DNA of 59,999 nucleotides, counting the filler, from Sphacelaria rigidula (Eukaryota): NCBI GenBank assembly GCA_964200075.2. It is 10 parts of 10 records of this genome, joined end to end, with 100 filler letters (N's around TTAATTAATTAA, not from the genome) between each part and the next. Parts side by side here need not be neighbours in the genome. Positions count along the whole stretch, not along the records: positions 30,052 to 35,961 come from CAXNAA020023563.1; positions 36,062 to 41,971 come from CAXNAA020023564.1; positions 42,072 to 47,981 come from CAXNAA020023565.1; 7 more parts are not named here. One strand, given 5' to 3'. Every line of letters begins with the position of its first letter. Positions within the stretch are counted from its first letter, which is position 1. Under the pieces are notes generated by a model that was not told the DNA's origin, did not search any database, and saw only the letters and a program-made list of their open reading frames with translations. Shown piece by piece: positions 34,836 to 47,247 of this stretch. Position numbers and translations under genes: made by a program.

Positions 34836-35400
34836 GTAAACAAGCCGGCGTGTCGGTACAGTACAGTTTCCATTGTCGTGGTGACATGCCGATCATGTGC
34901 AGTGAATGGGCGTATCAGAAGAAAGCCTGGGAAAAAGGAAAATTGAAGATTTCGCCCCGAGTGAACACCTGCCTATGCGGAGAGATCTGAGAGCGCTGCC
35001 GTGTCCAGATTTTAGACCTCAATTTCATCATCATTGTTATCATTGTGCGGGGTGGGAGAATCTCAACTCCGCGCAAGGGGGGGGTGATCGTACCACGTAG
35101 TGTTGAAGTGGTTAGACACCCCTGAGGCAGTGTAACCAGTGGCTCTCTCTGGAAGTGGGGATGCCAGAAAATGAAGCAACTCATTCGAGACTGTTATCCG
35201 TATGCAAGGTTATCAGTATGCTTCGGGCCGAACAGTCGTAGTAGGATGTAGCTCAGTCTCATGCGACTAGCCGAACACATCACGGCACTTCGCTCTTGGT
35301 GACTGCGAGTCTGGTCCGGCTTAAAAACCCGGCGTGCTCCGTCCCGGCTTTGTAGGGGTGGAAGGTTGATGATCTCATGATTACGGCATGTAAGATCATT

Positions 35401-35444
<44 letters not shown>

Positions 35445-36061
35445 CCCCTCCCCCGCATAGTCAATGGTCTTATGACTATGTCATGCATGATCAAGAGTAC
35501 ACCCCCTCCCCCGCTGCTCACCGCCTTCACACCCTTGAACAAAAAATGGTCGAAATGCGCCGCAGAACGCCACCGGGATAGACACAAAGTCAGATCCCGG
35601 CGAAACGCGCTCGTCAAGATCAAGGCGTCGGAGTTCACTGGGGGTGCAGTCATCGGTCGCATCCAGCGAAGCCACTTCCCAACAAAGGAGAGGGCGAGAC
35701 GTCACCAAACACACGCGTAGCAGGGACGGCGGCGATGTTGGGGAGGCGCCGAAGAGCTACCTCAACGGTAGAATCACGAAACTACACCGGGTCAGGGCTG
35801 AGCCCATTAAGGATGCTGCTGTGGTTGGGTACCTCGTTGCTACAAAAGAGGTATGGGGAGCGTACTCGTTTGTTGCTGGCCTTGGTCATTCGGCCACTGA
35901 GGTACGGGGGGGGGGGGAGTGCACTCATGATCTTGTATTGCGTAGTCGCCAGAACGTTGATNNNNNNNNNNNNNNNNNNNNNNNNNNNNNNNNNNNNNNN
36001 NNNNNTTAATTAATTAANNNNNNNNNNNNNNNNNNNNNNNNNNNNNNNNNNNNNNNNNNNN

Positions 36062-36130
36062 CGGGAATCGAACCCCCCAACTCAACCATCAGAAGGATAC
36101 GAGGTTACCAACTGAGCCACCGGGGCGACC
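36062..36130 (-). mobile_element. tRNA-like head of the same SINE family, cut by the contig end
   Basis: GGTCGCCCCGGTGGCTCAGTTGGTAACCTCG...GGTTCGATTCCCG; A and B boxes shared with 20375-20452. Confidence 0.8.
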
Positions 36131-36518
36131 CACCACGACCCTACCGTGAGAATATGCTGGCTACTATCAACACATACTCAATAGTGGGCGAAAAAACGGT
36201 ACCGTGAGAAGACGCCGACGAGAGTGTTTTTTTTTCACAAAAAAACAAGTACATGCGTATGGTCTTCACCGCCGCATTGTGCCCAGAAGAGACGGCTGAG
36301 CCCCGATCGGAACTTCATATCGAGGAGTGAAGGAAAGCTGAGACGGACAAGAGCGGCCGATAAATAGCAAAATCAAGCAGCGACAAGGTGTACCAGAAGC
36401 AAAAGATTCACCAACGCGTATGCGAAGCGCAACCGCTTCGTCTCCTGCAGCTCCTGCTGCCGACATTTTCGCGGCAAATATTAGACACGTACGGCAAACC
36501 AAGCGTGGATATATAGAG

Positions 36519-36821
36519 TCATAGTGGAAGGAAAACAAAACGGGGCTGTAGAGTGCTTGATTTGCCACTGCGCAGTCGCAAAACAAACAGGGGCAAAACA
36601 AGCAGTGCACAGCCCCCTGATGGTGGAGTACCGGTGGAGAGGAGGCGGCAGTCTTTATCAACCATGCAATACCAAACATATTTTTTTTTGTCCGGATTGT
36701 CGGCTTCCTCCTGGACGAGAAGACCTGTGTCAGAAATAATTGACCGACTCAGAGTTTTCTTCGGCACGGGTGCCTTCCTGAATCCGTCAGGAGCGCCGGT
36801 TTCGCGAATCGCGCGCTCCAT
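36519..36821 (-). pseudogene. Possible transposase N-terminal (BED-finger-like) remnant
   Basis: ...SIISDTGLLVQEEADNPDKKKYVWYCMVDKDCR resembles the aromatic-WxC-x(n)-C start of BED fingers. The rest of the domain is not recognisable. Confidence 0.25.
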
Positions 36822-39800
36822 CGCTTCCTAATGAAATGGGGTGGGCAAGGTGTCGGCCGTTGGGGCGAAGAGCATATTGTACATGCCACCATGAATACAC
36901 GGTGATAGTCTATACAAAGGCCCTCAGCGGCCTCCGGTCGGCTCCGGTCCTTTTTTTCAAGGGTCACGGTTGAACCTTCATGGACAATGCATGGCAAAAA
37001 ACAGCCTTTGGGGAGAGTCGGTATTCTTGCTTTGCGAAGCGCTCGCCACAGTTGTCCCTTTTTCGTCATGTACATTATTGGAGATAACACAACACGAAGA
37101 TTTCAGGACGGTGGTTATGAATGATGAGGAAAAGCGCAAAATATAGTAGAGCGCGAGGGACTGAGCTTCTGCAGCCATACATGGGAAGCAATCCTCTTCA
37201 CAGACGATCATCAAATTTTCAAAACACACGGAAAAACATGAAACTTCCTCCAGCACCACGAGCTGGGCCAGCCTAGACATGGATTCAAGATGCCAAATCA
37301 ATATCTCGTCGACACGGACGAGTTGGGCCATGATGCGCTTGTTGTATTGATCGTCCAACCATAGGAGAGGTGCCCATATGCTCCAGATTTTGGGCCCATA
37401 CTTTATATTTTCTCGTTGATGAAACCCCATGTCTAGTAACTCCTATACGTAAGGGAGATAGCGTCCATACTAAAATCAAATCTTCATGAAACCCCAGATC
37501 GATGCATTCAGCGGATGACGACAATTTTTGGTGCGCACATCCCCTGGAGCACGGGAGAAGATAGATACCCTCGCCTTCACCTCAATCGTAGCCTATCTCG
37601 AGATATGGCGCACATACGTTTCCATACTAAAATCAACATATTGCGTGCAGATGCGCTAGATTAGCCAAACCTGGATATCGCGTCTCAGTTTTTCAGAGTT
37701 ATGCTGTAAAATTTCGAAGGAGAACCGCTAGTGCATAATACAGCTTATGAACACAGCTTTTCAATTTTTCGTTTCTTTTCTTTTTTGCGGGTTTTTGGGG
37801 CAGTTCAACGGAGAAACGGACACTGCTTTTGGGCCTTGCCTCAGTTTTTTAGCTTAATTTTTTTAATTGTAATTTGAAACTCAGGACAAAGAACCACAGA
37901 GATATGCTGAATGAAAAAAAGATGGGCTCGTTTTTTCCGTGGGAGAGGTTCGGGCGTTCTCGTAGAACAATGGCGTTTTCCATACTAACACGCCCTAAAT
38001 CAGTGGGATAAAAGGCAAAAATCAACCTGACCTACTTTGCTTCGTTAATGATGCTCTAGCCACGGCCCTGACAGAGTTTCAATACACAAAACGAACGTGG
38101 GTCGGTAAGTGGCCTGCAAAATACTGTCCCGAATTTCTTCCGACCCCGTCACAAAACGGCCCATTATACGGCCAATATTTGGAGTTGGACCGTGAAATTT
38201 GGTATGGACCATGAAAAGGGCATAATGACAAAAAATACCAGTGCACACGGGAGTAAATAACCCTAGGTGTTTTCGGAGGGGGGAGGTGGGGGGGCACCAA
38301 ATCCCATGCATAAATAAAGAATAAACGATACACAATTAAAATGACAATTCGTGGTAATGAAGCTTTAATTCTTCGCATACCTTTGGAGCCAAGGCCAACT
38401 TATATTCATGAGTTTCGGCACTACATTGCACATCACACTTCCACGACAAAAACGAAAACAGACTAATACCACGAAGATCTGCAACGCTTGCTCAATCGAC
38501 CTTAGCGCATCTATCTGCGCCGCCAATTTGCGCACAATGTTGTAGTGGAAGATAGGGCCAGCAGTCATGGGCGCTACCTCATCCAAGTCGCCCTAAAATG
38601 GCTATTTATTGAGTGTTTCTTACTGTGAAAAAACACAAAAAAAACTATGACCGCCGGAGGGGGGGGGGAGGGGGTTAGGGTCTCCGAGGTTTTTTTTTTA
38701 GAGCTCTTGGTACGCACAAGGTTTTTCCGTCAGCAGAGGATACACACAACAAACAACACAAGGCTGGCACTACAAAGGGAAAATGTATGCAACATGAAAT
38801 AAATATATTGGCCATTACCCACCGCACGTCTCGAACACTTTAACACTTTGCAACACCCCACAGAGAGGAGTCTAGCTGGCCTACTTTTCAGATTCGATTG
38901 GCTCCGAGGTTTCGAGATTGGTCGCTGAACAAAAACTCGTGTGCAATAAACTGGGCTTGCCAACACAAACATAATCTTGACCCTTAGACAGCGAGGTTAG
39001 TCTTTCTGGATCATGAACACTTTTTTCGAGTGGAATTGATGACAATTCAAGAGGTGACCTACTCTCGCTGTCTTAATCTGAAAAGTAGGCAATGCTCCTC
39101 TCTGTGGGGTGATGAAAAGTGTCAAAGACGTGTCTTGGCGATTTTCCCTGTTTGGGGGTCAGAAAGTGGGTCAAACGCCTCTAAAGGGAACAATCGAACA
39201 ATTCCTTGGGAAAACAAAGGTATCTGTGTCACGCAACATGAATGCAGATCCCAACGTTCCAGGACAAAAAACAATATATTCTGACCCACCCGATTTTCGT
39301 ATTGGCTGTCTTCGTCTTCCGTTTCGCTCCCATCGCTCTCCACCAGCGGAGATGCACATGAGTTTTCGGTAGCTTCCCCGTCCGTTGTTGATGTCATCAC
39401 GTGAACCGGGTCACTAATGATTGTGACAGACGGGGTTGAGGTGGCCTTCAACCCTCGCCAAGCGTACCTTTTTTATATTATTTTTTGGAAGACTATTTCA
39501 TCCACTCGTTGCACTCTTGATCTGTTCTACATCCATTCCTCGTCAACGTGAAAAAATGAAGAATATACCATCATTGGACGCGGAATCTTTCATGACAGAT
39601 TCGAAGCCGGCCGCCATGGTACATAAGGGCATCTCCATCTTTGCTTCGTACGTGTACGAATACATGTACATGTTCACATATTCCGGCAACCTCCACTCAC
39701 GTGCGGGAGGAGTTATTTATCATGCTCATTCACATCTGCAACTCGTGACGAACACAGATTTCAAGTATTCGAGTGCTCCTATTCGTCCCGCATGGACCCA

Positions 39801-40147
39801 ACGGTGGAGAACATATTTACTACAGATATGAAGCGCGCATTACCTGTGGGAGAAAATACGCGTGATACAGGCCCCATGAACATGAAATGGCAGAATAAAC
39901 CTCTTCACCGAGTGTTGGGTCCCACACTCACCCGAGGGTGGGTAACATACAACATATTGTGCAGTGCAGGCATCTTGCGCGCATTACAGATTGGAGAAAG
40001 GTGTGTGTAGTTCAGGTCCCATGACTGCAGATTAACAAATCTGTATGACTTACGTAGGTCCCGCATTGATCCGAAGGTGGGACACATGTACGGGCGCTCA
40101 CGTGGAACTTGTCACACATGACGTGCATGTACAAGCCATTCACGCCT

Positions 40148-40268
40148 TGAGTCATGAAGAATGGTTGACTGTGTGAATCACGTCACACATTGAGTCATGA
40201 AGAATGGCTGACTGTGTGAAATACAACATGCCTCGAGTCATGAAGAAGGGTTGACTGCTTGAAATACG
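40148..40268. repeat. ~43-bp minisatellite, 3 units
   Basis: GAGTCATGAAGAA(T/G)GG(T/C)TGACTG occurs three times. Confidence 0.85.
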
Positions 40269-43200
40269 ATTGATGTACGAACCGTATCATTTAGTCATTG
40301 AAATGATGACTTTGAGTTGACTCACGAGTTGATTCGTCCAAACCGTGGACGTTTTCCACGATCTTGAAGGAGGCTTTTGTGGTTCGGGGTCGACAGCCCG
40401 GGAAAAAGAGCCAGCGTGGGCGACTTTCGATGGTCAGAAAACGCGCCACAGGTATTAGATGACACTCACACCTGAAAGGTAATGTATCGCTACACCTTCT
40501 TCGAGCACTGCAAAAGGAAGCGCGTGATGAGATACCTTGCCGCCTGAGGAGACTCGGCAAAAGTGGTGAAAAAAGCGAAATGATACAACATGTACATGCA
40601 GGAATCTGATACATACTGACTTTGTCCGCACTTCAGTGCGGGTGGGTCTAAACTCGTGAGGATTTCTCCTGTGGTATTTTTTCTACATTTGCGGAGCATC
40701 CAGTAAACTTCAGGTTACAGACAGCAGGTCACCGTGTAATTCGTATCATTAGTGTCTAGTCCCAAACAAAATACAGTATGATCCCTCCACAGGGCGATGA
40801 ATCCTCTGATCCTTTCCCGACCCAATTCTGTGCATACCGGGACACAGCATGCAGCACTTCAACTGTCCAGGCACTCTCCAGCGCCCATCGCACCGTGATC
40901 GTCGTGAAGTGTTTAGATGCGCATCAGCACCGCGACAATTACAGCAAAGAAATGAGTTTGGGAAGTGCCTTCTTCGTTTGACTCGAGAAAAAAATAGCGA
41001 CCACACCAAAAAGGCGGTAACAACAGTGTCTAAAGGGCACCCGCCGCATTGTTCAACCTGCGCGCAGATCTGGATTCGTGCCGCAACTTGGGTAGCCATA
41101 CGAGCTGGGCCGGCCTAGAGGCGGATTTGCAGTTTGCAGGCCCATGCTGTTTCATTCATTTAGAGTTGGGCCCTGAAATTTTGTATGGACGATGCATAGA
41201 GCATAAAAAAACAACATACCTCGGTACCATTTTTACTTTTCATGAGTTGAAGGCATTTTACTAATACCTGAAAACTGATCATTGCCCTGAACTCATGATA
41301 AAAAGAAAACCCTTTTGGTATCGAGGTACCTTTTTTTCCATGCCCTATTCATTGCCCATACCAAATTTCAGGGTCCACCGCTCAATTTACAAAAGAGCAT
41401 GGGCCTATCGAAAATCGGGTCGGTAGAAATTCGGAACAGTATTTCTCAGGCCACTCACTGGCCCACGTTCGGTTTTCGTGTATCGAAATTTGTGTGGGCG
41501 CTCTCCAAGGCATACTTCACAAAAATAAATGGATCAGGTTGATTTTTTTCAATTATATTCACTCGTTTAGGGCGTTCTACTGTGGGAAAGACCATTTCTC
41601 CACAAGAACGCCCTAACCTCCACGAAAAAAAAAATGAAGGCCCATTTTTTCTTCTATTCGGCACTCTCTTGTGGTTTTCCACACCAAAATTCGTCGCCAG
41701 CCGCTAAATGCCTCGATCGGGAGTTTCATAGAGATGTTAGTATTGGCGCTATGTCCCTTAGGCATAGGAATTACAAGATATGGGGTTTAATCAACGGAAC
41801 GTTATGGGCCCAAATTGTAGAGCAGATGGGCACCTTTCCCTTGGTAAGGCGATTAATACGATATAACAGCCGATTTTAAATTTTGGGGTTCAACACTAAA
41901 ATGGGGCTGAAGTCGCATTTCTCTATTGCAGGAAAGATACGAAAGAGTAACACAGAGCGAAAGTATCTTCTNNNNNNNNNNNNNNNNNNNNNNNNNNNNN
42001 NNNNNNNNNNNNNNNTTAATTAATTAANNNNNNNNNNNNNNNNNNNNNNNNNNNNNNNNNNNNNNNNNNNNCGGAGACGCACAAAGGACGCGGACGAGGG
42101 GCTTCTTTTCTGTCGTTGCTTCTCTCTCTCTGCTGATATCGTCATCGACACGCGTGTACACCGCATTTGTTAGGTGCCACAGCTGCTCAACTGCTGCGGT
42201 CATTTGGGGGGGAAGATGGCTTCGCTAGGTCGCTAGTGTTTCGGGTCTTCCGTGCAAGAGAGAAATGCCACTTCAACCCCATATTTTGTATGAACCCCAA
42301 AATTCAAAATCGGCTGTTCAATGCTCGGCGGGGTGCAGTTCCTTATTCTTGCTAGCTTCAGCTGTAAGAAGACGGTGTGGACCGGTTCGTAGTCTACAAT
42401 GCACAAGTACTACTACACATGGATAAATTGCCATTCCTTTAGATGCCATGACTTCTTGCACCACCGTTACGGGTGGCATGTTGGAAAATCATCACGATGC
42501 AGCCTTGTCTGTTGTTCGAAAGTGCTGCTTTGGGCCGTTGTTATCGACTCAGGTTATTCGGAGATCGCCAAGAGTTTTGGTGTTTCCGCACCTGGGGCTT
42601 GGCGTTCTCCGTAAATGAAGCGGCTAGAGTTTTTGCCAGACTGTATTTGGAGCGGGACAGATTCGCTTGGTAACTTACCAATCAGATCGCTCCATTTCGC
42701 TTGGAAATCGCCAGGGGAGTAGTCTAAAACCAAGTGTTCGTGTTCGTGCACCAGGGGAGTACTCTAAAACCAAGTGTTGTACTGTCTAACTCGTAGCGCA
42801 TTCCAGACAAACACAGTATCATAGATAATACAGTACTGTACACCGAACACAATACAACAGTACGGTACAGTACAGACGCCCAACGAACGGCACCAGCAGG
42901 GGTGTCGCAGCAATGGACAGCGCGTTGTTCGTCTTACCGAAGACGAAACAGTGAACTCACCCATGGAGCTTTCAACAGTGTTCAGCCAGCACTGCGTGCC
43001 GACTAACATGGGTTTCTGGAGAGACGAACACAACGACAATAATACTATCGCAGCTCATGAAATCCAAACTGCCTTCGCAATGCGTGAGCACACCACATTA
43101 GAACAGGCAGCGGAAGCTCCAATACATGAGGGGCTTGAGTGTTTTCGCTGCGGTACAGTAGTGAAACAGGACGTTTCCCATGTTTTAGTCCCCCGTCTGA

Positions 43201-43562
43201 TCGTGGACAGGTCTCCAATTTTGGGCCAGTGCCGAGTTTGAACACTCGGCCATAGTCGCGCTTCTGTCGATCCACTTTGGGTTACCCTACTGTTCGTGTG
43301 GGAGATTTGGCTCGTGATGCCGTCTTCGCCCGCTAATTTAACTCAGCAGATTCTGTCCCGGTACATCTTCGATTTGCCGATTTTTTCGCCAAGCCTTCAC
43401 GTTTGGCAAACGCCGAATATTTCGGACCGCAGCGCAATACTCCACAGAGCTGCCCTTGGCGCACGCCGTGGCGCTCGCAAGCATGCGAGAATCATCAGGA
43501 GCCTTGCTAGTGATACCCTGGGCTATGTCGTTGAGTAAAAGGCACCGCGGGTTGGCGGTATC

Positions 43563-43773
43563 TGTAATGCGTGAGAGGACCGCGTGCTTAGAGGACCGCA
43601 TCTGAATTTGAACATCCCTATGGTTAGGGTTAGGGTTAGGGTTAGTGTTGGGGTTATGGTCAGGGGTGTGGGACCTGCAAGGACTGGCCCAATTGGTTTT
43701 GAAAAACATCGATCCTGCGGTGTTTTGAACTACGGCGCGGTCCTCTAAGCACGCGGTCATCTCACGCATTACA
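43563..43773. mobile_element. 211-bp MITE with TGT...ACA ends, ~37-bp TIRs, internal (TTAGGG)n and ~5-bp TSD
   Basis: TGTAATGCGTGAGAGGACCGCGTGCTTAGAGGACCGC / GCGGTCCTCTAAGCACGCGGTCATCTCACGCATTACA; flanks GTATC / GCATC. An empty-site paralogue lies near 49050-49085. Confidence 0.88.
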
Positions 43774-43922
43774 GCATCTATCTTCTCAGACGGTGTGTGC
43801 CCCGACAGCGGTGTTTGAGCTGTTGGGATCAAGCACGGCGGTCGTCGTTAATTGACTATGCTCACACTCTGCCATGAACAACGTTGATGTAGGGTACAGT
43901 GCGGTACAAATAGCATGCATCA

Positions 43923-44308
43923 TGTTGCAATTGCGGAGGATTAGGTAACCAATCAGAGGAATGATGTATAATGACGGAGGTTATGCGAGTACAGTCACGT
44001 GTGCAGTACAAGCAACCTGGTTGCACATCACCCACTTCGGTCCATCTTGGTCGATCTTGGCTCGGGTGCCAACTGCCTGCTTTGCTCTGGGGGTTAACAT
44101 AAGTGTATATGGTGAGTCTGTGTGTGGTATTGAGTGAGGGATATTGAGCGTGTGTTATTGTGTGACTGAGGTCGATTGGAGTGTGGGAGAGTAAACAGAG
44201 TGAAGTGAGATAATACAAACGTGTTCTGGACTACTGCTATTTACCTGAGCCAAGGTGCTGACTGCTGTTCACGCACTTGAGTTGTGTGTCTACGCTTACC
44301 CCGCAACA
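43923..44308 (+). mobile_element. Candidate 5' LTR of the copia element
   Basis: TGTTGC...GCAACA inverted termini, ending ~200 nt upstream of gag. The second LTR is not in the contig, so this is unconfirmed. Confidence 0.5.
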
Positions 44309-44504
44309 GAGCGGTCGATTACGCTAGCGGAAGAGTTACCGCCGGTGCAGAAGGGTCTGAGATTGGAGAGAGTTTGAGCAAGAGGACAGTTTGAGTCGAG
44401 GAACATTTGAGAGAGAGGTGTGAAATTTTTCAGGTTTGAGTACAGGTTGAGCAAGGCTGATAGTTTGACTAGGTTTCAATGTGGAAGAGAATCAGCCTCC
44501 CATA

Positions 44505-46249
44505 ATGGAAGAGCAAGTGAGATTTCTGACTGAACAGATGAACAGGATGCAACCGACAATGACCAGCACACCGGTGATGCCTGCTAGTACAGCACAGCAA
44601 GCACCGTTCCACACCCCTCACACCCCCATTTCCCATCGTATTCGCAGCAAAACAAACATCCTACCTTGGGAAGAAAAAGCTGCCACATCCACCAATGTCA
44701 GGGATAGGTTCGAGGTGTTCAACATCCAGATATGTGCCTATTTCAAGGATGAACACTGCTATGACACTTTGCTAGTCGAAAACCCCATCAGGGTATACCG
44801 TGAGAATGAGGAGGATTGCGAGCAAGTTTTAGAAACGAAGCAGTCGACAAAGACAAAAGGGCTATGGGAATAATACTCGATAAAGTAACCTTTCCCCCCT
44901 TGGTAAGACATATCGATATGCTTGCGAACCCAAGTCAAGCATGGAATTATATCGTCCAGTACTACAGGATTGCAGAAGCTACCGAAAGAGCCAAATTGGA
45001 ACACGACTGGCGAACGTTGCAGATGGCTAACAGTGAATTGCCAGACACTTTCTACGATAGCCCCCCCCCCCAAAACCAGCTAAAAGTGTCACGAAAAAAA
45101 TGGCCATACAGCACCTGATTTTCGGGTACANNNNNNNNNNGGGTTCAGGCTGCATGAAGCGCCTCATATTGGCGACATTGGCTAGAACGAATCCAAGTGT
45201 GGGAATTCCCAGCTTTTCATTGTGCTCGGCTTTTCCCATTTTGATTTACGTGAAGATTTTGCCTTAACAAACCAACCACATTTTTTGGGCGGGGGCTATC
45301 GTAGAAAGTGTCGCCAATGAATTTTCTCTCACGGGCCTCGTTTATTCGTAAGAAGCGCGAAGAATTCGATGTAGTTCTCTCGGACTGTGAAGCGAACAGG
45401 CATATTGTTCGATGCCTTTCATCAGAGTACGAGGACGAGCGTAGGAATTTATTAGCACTACGAGAGATAAGCATAGATGAGGTAACCCGCTAGCTAGGAA
45501 ATGCGTATGCAGAAGCGCAATTGTTGAAAGAAAGGCAGAAAACAACCTTGAACCATACACTTCCCGCTTCTAGTACTGGTGGAAGGGGCCATGGATCACC
45601 TGACAAAAGGCAGAACGGGTCGAACCGCAGATCCCCCAATCCCCGAAAACAACACAACCACCACATCCCTCCAAACCCACATCAATCCAATTTCTATACC
45701 AACCATGGTTCACAGCAATACATCAGCAGTGGTCATGGTGGCCGAGGGGGGTGGTATTCCCCGAGACAACAGCGATGGCGACCACACAGTCCGTGGAATC
45801 ATTCGGTACCAGGCCGTGGTAGGGTTCAACAACCTAGTCAACGAACCTACGACATTCGTTGCCCCTTCAATTGTCCAAGCTGCCCTCCTCGTCAGCACCA
45901 CGCACAGCATCACAACGCCCAGCATCACCAAACCCAGCAACATCAACCAACCCACTACCAACAACAGTTCAACCACACAACCAACCATGCACCACCACAA
46001 TCCCATTACCCGCATCCACAACACCAAATCCACAAACACCCATCACAAGCCAACACCGTTCAGCAGACTGATCCCGCCTACCAGCACCATGAGAGCGTTG
46101 ATCACTTTGTCTATGAGGACAATGCTTTCAACGATGCCGGTTTTGCCCATACAGTCCAATACTATACCTCTCAACATCGACTGCAGCCGCAACCTACACC
46201 ACCATCACCAAACATCTCCCCTGCTACCCATCACAACATCCACCGGTAG
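44505..46249 (+). pseudogene. Ty1/copia gag (UBN2-type) remnant with frameshifts, stops and a MITE insertion
   Basis: RAMGIILDKV..PLVRHI...NPSQAWNYIVQYY.....ERAKLEHDWRTLQMANSELP[MITE]MNFLSRA..IRKK.EEFDVVLSD.EANRHIVRCLSSEYEDERRNL follows the copia gag pattern, then a Gln/His/Pro-rich tail. Confidence 0.8.
45044..45312. mobile_element. MITE with 4-bp TSD (GCCA) nested in copia gag; contains a 10-N gap
   Basis: GCCA|GACACTTTCTACGATAGCCCCC ... GGGGGCTATCGTAGAAAGTGTC|GCCA. Removing it restores the in-frame reading GAA TTG CCA ATG AAT (ELPMN). Confidence 0.92.
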
Positions 46250-46398
46250 ACCAATCCCACCATGATCATTCCTCCGCTGCACCACCACCACCATACTCGT
46301 CACTCTACCACGAGTCATCCGACCAAAATTCCCATCCGGTAAACCCCCACTGAACGTCAACTGCCGATCTGCCGCTTGCTGATACCCCTGGTGGTAAT

Positions 46399-46959
46399 GT
46401 GTACATGGCGCTTTCTGCCATACCAGAAAACTCAGTTTTCAGTTTGGGTAGTTTCGATATGAAGGGTAGGATGTTGCATCAGATGAAATCTCCGCCCCTT
46501 TCTGGTTCAGGAATATGGATTGCAGACTCAGGTACAACGCACCGCATTACAGGCAACATGACCGACGTTTTCGATACCCGTCCTCCACCAGTGGGGGAAG
46601 AGAATGCTGTTCTAGGGGATGGTAAAATACTGCCGGTTAAGGCTGTAGGGAGTCTCAAGTTGAGATTTGATGAAGCACGTGCGAACAACTCCCCCCATGA
46701 TGATGCAGTGTGTGTACTGCTGACGGATGTGTATGTTTTGGAGGGAGTTCAGTTCAATCTATTCTCTCACAGGGCTCAAAAGAGCCAACAAGTCATCTGC
46801 GATAAAGTAGGTGTGCATCTATTCGGCGGCAGACTACGGTTCGACTACAACGATCGTACATCATCACAATTTGCAACAAACCTGCCATCAACCTACGGAC
46901 AGCTTCTAGTAGTCACTCCTATTGCCGCCACTGAGAGTGACACTAAATCCATCCCATAA
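46399..46959 (+). pseudogene. Ty1/copia aspartic protease domain
   Basis: WIADSGTTHRITG...AVLGDGKILPVKAVGSLKL...LTDVYVLEGVQFNLFS matches the copia motif WxxDSGAxxH...GxG..L.V.GxG.....LxxVxxVPxLxxNLxS. Confidence 0.9.
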
Positions 46960-47247
46960 CAAGCTAGCGTTAGTAACATTCCCCCGGGTTTTGATTCTGC
47001 TCCCCAACGAGATAGTGTCTGTAAGATCCCCCCGGATTTTGCTTCTGACCAACAGCGAGTTGATGTCGGTAAGATCCCTACAGATTCCCCCTTTATTCCA
47101 CAGCGAGTTGGTGTTAGGGAGATTCCCCCAGGGTTTGATGCTGCTCCTCAACGAGCTAGTGTCCGTAAGATTTCCCCGGATTTTGCTTCTGATCAACAGC
47201 GAGTCGATGTCGGCAAGATCCCCCCAAACTATGCTTCTACCCCCTGG
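46960..47247 (+). repeat. Six in-frame 48-bp (16-codon) repeats with a 144-bp higher-order period
   Basis: QASVSNIPPGFDSAP / QRDSVCKIPPDFASDQ / QRVDVGKIPTDSPFIP / QRVGVREIPPGFDAAP / QRASVRKISPDFASDQ / QRVDVGKIPPNYASTP, in the protease frame. Confidence 0.85.

Noticed and set aside
40148..40268. Three direct repeats with short variable gaps resembling a mini-CRISPR
   Set aside because: The gaps are ~12 nt and similar to each other; the context is eukaryotic with no cas genes.
41870..42320. Inverted similarity across the spacer suggesting one TIR element
   Set aside because: The arms are on different contigs, so the adjacency is artificial.
43400..43510. CTGATGA...GAAA on the minus strand as a hammerhead ribozyme (also ~48920-49010)
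   Set aside because: Stems I-III and the NUH cleavage site could not be assembled convincingly.
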